A stretch of 64,000 nt of DNA. Source: Myxococcota bacterium. Lineage in GTDB: Bacteria > Myxococcota_A > UBA9160 > UBA4427. Within the stretch, counting starts at the first letter, position 1. The number at the start of each line of letters is the position of its first letter. Location: positions 640,001 to 704,000 of the forward strand of contig OZ252299.1 in NCBI GenBank assembly GCA_965250285.1, written 5' to 3'. Under the pieces are notes generated by a model. It was given only the letters and a program-made list of their open reading frames with translations. It was not told where the DNA came from and did no database searches. Both the position numbers and the translations under genes were made by a program. Shown in pieces: positions 60,581 to 64,000 of the stretch.

Positions 60581-61660
60581 TCAGAAACGGATCGGCACGA
60601 AGATGCTCGTCGCCGCGACGGCGATGAGAACGACCGCCGTCGTTGCAATGATCCACGTGATCTGCGTCCCGAGCGGCAGGGTCGTCATCTGACCGTGGTG
60701 CGAGTGCTGGATACCGGCCATCTCGCCTTCGCCGTGGTGAGCGTGGTCCATGCCGGTGTCGTCACCTTCGCCGTGGTGAGCGTGGTCCATGCCGGTGTCG
60801 TCGCCTTCGCCGTGGTGAGCGTGGTCCATGCCGGTGTCGTCGCCTTCGCCGTGGGGAGCGTGGTCCATGCCGGTGTCGTCGCCTTCGCCGTGGTGAGCGT
60901 GGCCCATGCCCGACATGCGCTCCGCCCCGGCGCCGCCATGCGCGTGCTCGCTCGATTCCGAGTGTGCGGCCTCGGGCGGGCGATGTCCGAGATGGGGGTC
61001 GGGGTCAGCGCCGGGGAGCGTCATGCACCCGTGCTTCAGGTGGCGCGAGACCAGCCAGTAGTTGACCGGATAGCCCAACAGCCCGCCCGCCAGGCTGGCG
61101 AGGCTCATGCGAAACCAGAACGACGGCTGCGCGGGCGATTCGCTGCCTGGCCAGGCATGCGCGAGTAGCACCATCGCCGGGATCATGCCGGCCATGACCA
61201 GGTTCATCGATACGGTCTCGGAGAAGAACGTCTTTCGGACGGCCATCCAGTAGTTGCCGTCGAACATCCCGATCATCATCAGCGCTTGAAAGATGAACAA
61301 GCCGCATGCGAAGCCCGCGGCATACTCGATGACCGCGTCCCAGCCGTTGGGCAGGCCGAAGACAGGCACGATCGATGCGGCGATCAAGATGCCCGTTGCG
61401 TCACCGGCCAGGCAGTGCACCTCGCTGTTGACTGCCTGCTTCCAGACGGGCCGGGTGAACGCATCGTGACCGCCCGGGAACGGTCGCCGACATGCGAGCA
61501 GAAAGAGAACGAACCCGACGGGCCCGGTGTAGACGACGACGAGGGCCCAGCCGAGCTTCTGGACCCAGCTGACCGGCGAGTTGGTCGTCAGGTCATAGGC
61601 CAGAATGGCGAGCGACAGGGCCGTCAGCGTGAACCAGACGATCATCGCGCCGTCGAGCAT
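60581..61660 (-). CDS. DUF4396-domain membrane protein with His/Met-rich repeat insert
   Basis: GAGGAG RBS; HCLAGDATG; GYPVNYWLV..HLKHGCM; GMDHAHHGEGDDT repeats. Confidence 0.85.
   Translation of the reverse strand: MLDGAMIVWFTLTALSLAILAYDLTTNSPVSWVQKLGWALVVVYTGPVGFVLFLLACRRPFPGGHDAFTRPVWKQAVNSEVHCLAGDATGILIAASIVPVFGLPNGWDAVIEYAAGFACGLFIFQALMMIGMFDGNYWMAVRKTFFSETVSMNLVMAGMIPAMVLLAHAWPGSESPAQPSFWFRMSLASLAGGLLGYPVNYWLVSRHLKHGCMTLPGADPDPHLGHRPPEAAHSESSEHAHGGAGAERMSGMGHAHHGEGDDTGMDHAPHGEGDDTGMDHAHHGEGDDTGMDHAHHGEGDDTGMDHAHHGEGEMAGIQHSHHGQMTTLPLGTQITWIIATTAVVLIAVAATSIFVPIRF
60723..60910. repeat. 39-bp tandem repeat (~4.8 copies) encoding GMDHAHHGEGDDT
   Basis: TCGCCTTCGCCGTGGTGAGCGTGGTCCATGCCGGTGTCG units at 60723, 60762, 60801, 60840 and 60879. 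Confidence 0.95.
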
Positions 61661-61774
61661 GGGGCCGCTCCTCATCGTCGCTCTTGCCCACTCGAAGTCT
61701 CGTGGGTTGCGCGCCCGGCATCAAGGGGCGCTCGTGGCGCGTGTCTGGCCGACCGAGTCGATCACGTGCGCCGA

Positions 61775-63064
61775 TCAGAATGCGTGATCGAGCGAGAGTC
61801 GCAGTGCGTGGTAGTCCTGCGCCCCGGTGTACTTCAGCCCCAGCGACGTCCGATCGCGCACGGCACCGCTGCCGAACGAACGCGTCGTTCCAACCGCGAG
61901 GCCGACCTCGTTGTAGTGGTCGACGAAGACGTCCGAGCCGAGCACCCAGCTGTCGGTGAAGTCGAGTCGGGCGAAGAGCGGGTGGCCGAGAAAACGCTTC
62001 GAGAGCGCGCGCTCGAGCTCGACTCCATTGCGAATGAGATAGTTCGTGATGTCGTAGGTGATCTCGTACCCGAACCACTCCATGCCGTCGACGCTCGAAG
62101 AAGCGCTGAAGGCGTTGCCGAGTCGGAACGTGTTCTGGCCGAGCTTCCATTGCATATGGCTCGTCACGCCCGCCGAGTAGAGCACCGCGAGGCCGCCGAG
62201 CTCGACCGAGCCCGCGATGCCGCCGCGCCCTTGTACGAGGATGTTCCACCAGGGCAACGCGCGATAGAGAAAGCCCAAGCCGCCGTGCGCCGTCGCCGTG
62301 TGCGCGTCGCCCTCGGTCTGGGTGTAGGCCAGGGGCAGGTCGAAGGTGACGGCGAACCGCGGGTCTTCGAAGTTGAGCGTGTACTCGAGGGCGAGGTCGG
62401 CCATGAAGCCGTTCCAGCGCCCGCCCCAGAAGGGTGTGTAGTCGGTGCGCACTGCGAACTCGTCGCGGCCGCGCCAGATCTCTCCGTCCGCATCCGGTTC
62501 GTGCGGATCCTTTGGCCGAAAGAGCGCGCGGGCTCCCAGGTCGTAGGGCGCCTGCATCATGCGCGTCTGCAGGCTGAAGGGGGTGCCGGCGATCGGGTCG
62601 ACGGCCGACTCGGCCACGAAGGCCTGCAGCAGGCTCGTCAGTGCCGAGGCCTTCGAATCGGGGAGGGGGAGACCGTTCTCGATCCAGTCTTCGAAGAGCT
62701 CGATCGACTCGTCGCGGTTGCTGCCATTGAACGCGATGTCGAGCCCGATCGAGGGCACCTGAAAGAAGAAGGTGGCGTCGTCGAGATCGAACCCGGCCCG
62801 CGACTGAACGCCCCTCAAGTCGAGCCGCGCGTAGACGGGGTCGCGCAACGGGTCGTAGCGGCTGTTGGTGAGGTCCTCGAGGACACGGCTGTCGAACAGG
62901 TCGTCGATCGATTCGAGCGCGTTGACGCCGCGGATGAGGTTCTTCGTCTCGCCGATCTCGAAGCGCGCCCGAAAGAGCCTGTCGTTCTCGCTGGCCTCGG
63001 CGTCGATGGCCGCGAGGGCGAGCTGCATCGTTGCGATCGCGAGCACGACCGTCGAAGCACGCAT
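61775..63064 (-). CDS. Secreted protein with C-terminal beta-barrel (solitary autotransporter-barrel-like)
   Basis: Signal peptide; amphipathic strands; terminal LRLSLDHAF with C-terminal Phe. Confidence 0.65.
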   Translation of the reverse strand: MRASTVVLAIATMQLALAAIDAEASENDRLFRARFEIGETKNLIRGVNALESIDDLFDSRVLEDLTNSRYDPLRDPVYARLDLRGVQSRAGFDLDDATFFFQVPSIGLDIAFNGSNRDESIELFEDWIENGLPLPDSKASALTSLLQAFVAESAVDPIAGTPFSLQTRMMQAPYDLGARALFRPKDPHEPDADGEIWRGRDEFAVRTDYTPFWGGRWNGFMADLALEYTLNFEDPRFAVTFDLPLAYTQTEGDAHTATAHGGLGFLYRALPWWNILVQGRGGIAGSVELGGLAVLYSAGVTSHMQWKLGQNTFRLGNAFSASSSVDGMEWFGYEITYDITNYLIRNGVELERALSKRFLGHPLFARLDFTDSWVLGSDVFVDHYNEVGLAVGTTRSFGSGAVRDRTSLGLKYTGAQDYHALRLSLDHAF

Positions 63065-63564
63065 CGACTGATGGCGTCGGGTGGAATTCAAGACGTCTCT
63101 CAGGGTGCGTTCGCCGCCCGGTGGCGCCCGCGCCGATCAGGGTGCCCGAACCCGTCTGGACGGGCAATCGATTCCCCCGGACTTCGCGCGCCCCACGGCC
63201 GCGGCGGGGCACCGCTGCAGTCGACTCGACGAGCGCCGAGCGACCTTCCGTCGCCGAGGCGGGCGAGCGCGATCCGCGTCGCGCGCCTCGCGCCGGGCCG
63301 TGTGTTCGAGAGATGCAGCCGGTCGGGGCTCTGCCGATCGGGCTAGGCCGGGGCGGCCCGGGTCGCCCGTCGGAGCGTCCTCGTTGCCTTCAGTCGAGTC
63401 TCACGCCGATTCGGGGGCGTGCGCCGGCGCTCGGCGCGCTGCGCGCGGCGTGGCGTAGGCCGGTCGGGCGATGATGCGCGGGGGCGTCGCTCCATAGATT
63501 CGAGCCACTGGACGCCGTCGGCCCCGCGAGATCCATCGCGGAGCGTCGGCAGGAGGCTCGAATC

Positions 63565-64000
63565 ATGGATCCCACTCGCCCCCTCTCGCATGCGATGCGG
63601 TCGACGCGCAAGCCTGTTGCATCGCTCCTGCTGCTGCTTTCGGTTGCCGTCGCTTGCGGAACCGACGCGCCCAACGAAGAAGAGCAGCAGGTGGTCGAGC
63701 CGATGCCGGCTCAGACGATGGACATCCGCGGTCAGGTCACCGGGCTCGACGCCAGCAGCGTGTCGGTGTCGAATCGGGGGCGGCCCGCGATCACACTCGC
63801 GGCAAACGGCCCGTTCACGCTGACCGATGAGGCCCGGGGCGACTTCGATGTCCGTGTCGTCGCGAACCCCCGCGACCAGCAGTGCCGCGTCACGGGGGGC
63901 GCCGGCTACGAAGACGAGCACGACGTCGACGGCGTGCAGGTGGTGTGCACGGCCGTGACCGCCTTGGGGTGCACGGGCTCGGTGGATAGCGACGGCGACA
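63565..64000 (+). CDS. Lipoprotein with an Ig-like Cys-bridged module followed by DSDGD (3' truncated; absent from the ORF track)
   Basis: AGGAGG RBS; ATG at 63565; LSVAVA-C lipobox-like motif; IRGQVTGL...ANGPF...P.DQQC.V.GG.G...VQVVC; open to the window end. Confidence 0.75.
   Translation, partial: MDPTRPLSHAMRSTRKPVASLLLLLSVAVACGTDAPNEEEQQVVEPMPAQTMDIRGQVTGLDASSVSVSNRGRPAITLAANGPFTLTDEARGDFDVRVVANPRDQQCRVTGGAGYEDEHDVDGVQVVCTAVTALGCTGSVDSDGD

Noticed and set aside
60723..60910. 39-bp repeats as a possible CRISPR array
   Set aside because: Head-to-tail with no spacers, in frame within a CDS, and no cas genes in the window

Overview
High-GC (~70%) bacterial chromosomal window, most likely Myxococcota/Deltaproteobacteria, judged from the dnaX-ybaB-recR-mglB-mglA synteny. 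Housekeeping blocks are greA, tRNA-Asn(GTT), tRNA-Pro(CGG), priA-def-fmt-rsmB-rpe, SRP RNA-dnaX-ybaB-recR-mglBA and mqo. They are interspersed with accessory metabolic genes: a YncD/PqqU-like TonB receptor, a molybdopterin oxidoreductase, a frameshifted MMPL transporter plus P450, a TetR-controlled iorAB-xdhC-mocA molybdoenzyme locus, an asparaginase, an amidohydrolase and an APC permease. No CRISPR array, integrase, transposase or prophage was seen. The most notable candidates are: (i) a three-gene module of a secreted P-x-D-V repeat protein, a Ser/Thr kinase with a chemoreceptor-like helical sensor and an NTT/MFS-HEAT membrane protein; (ii) a coupled lnt / Cys-rich secreted protein / membrane class III cyclase with non-adenylate specificity residues / PPC protein operon, with a CRP-like box upstream; (iii) a 137-nt nested inverted-repeat element with alternative folds upstream of mglBA; (iv) an animal-type CAP protein; (v) an alpha/beta hydrolase lacking its nucleophile; and (vi) a probable CTG start for fmt. 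All family assignments come from motif recognition by eye, not from database searches.
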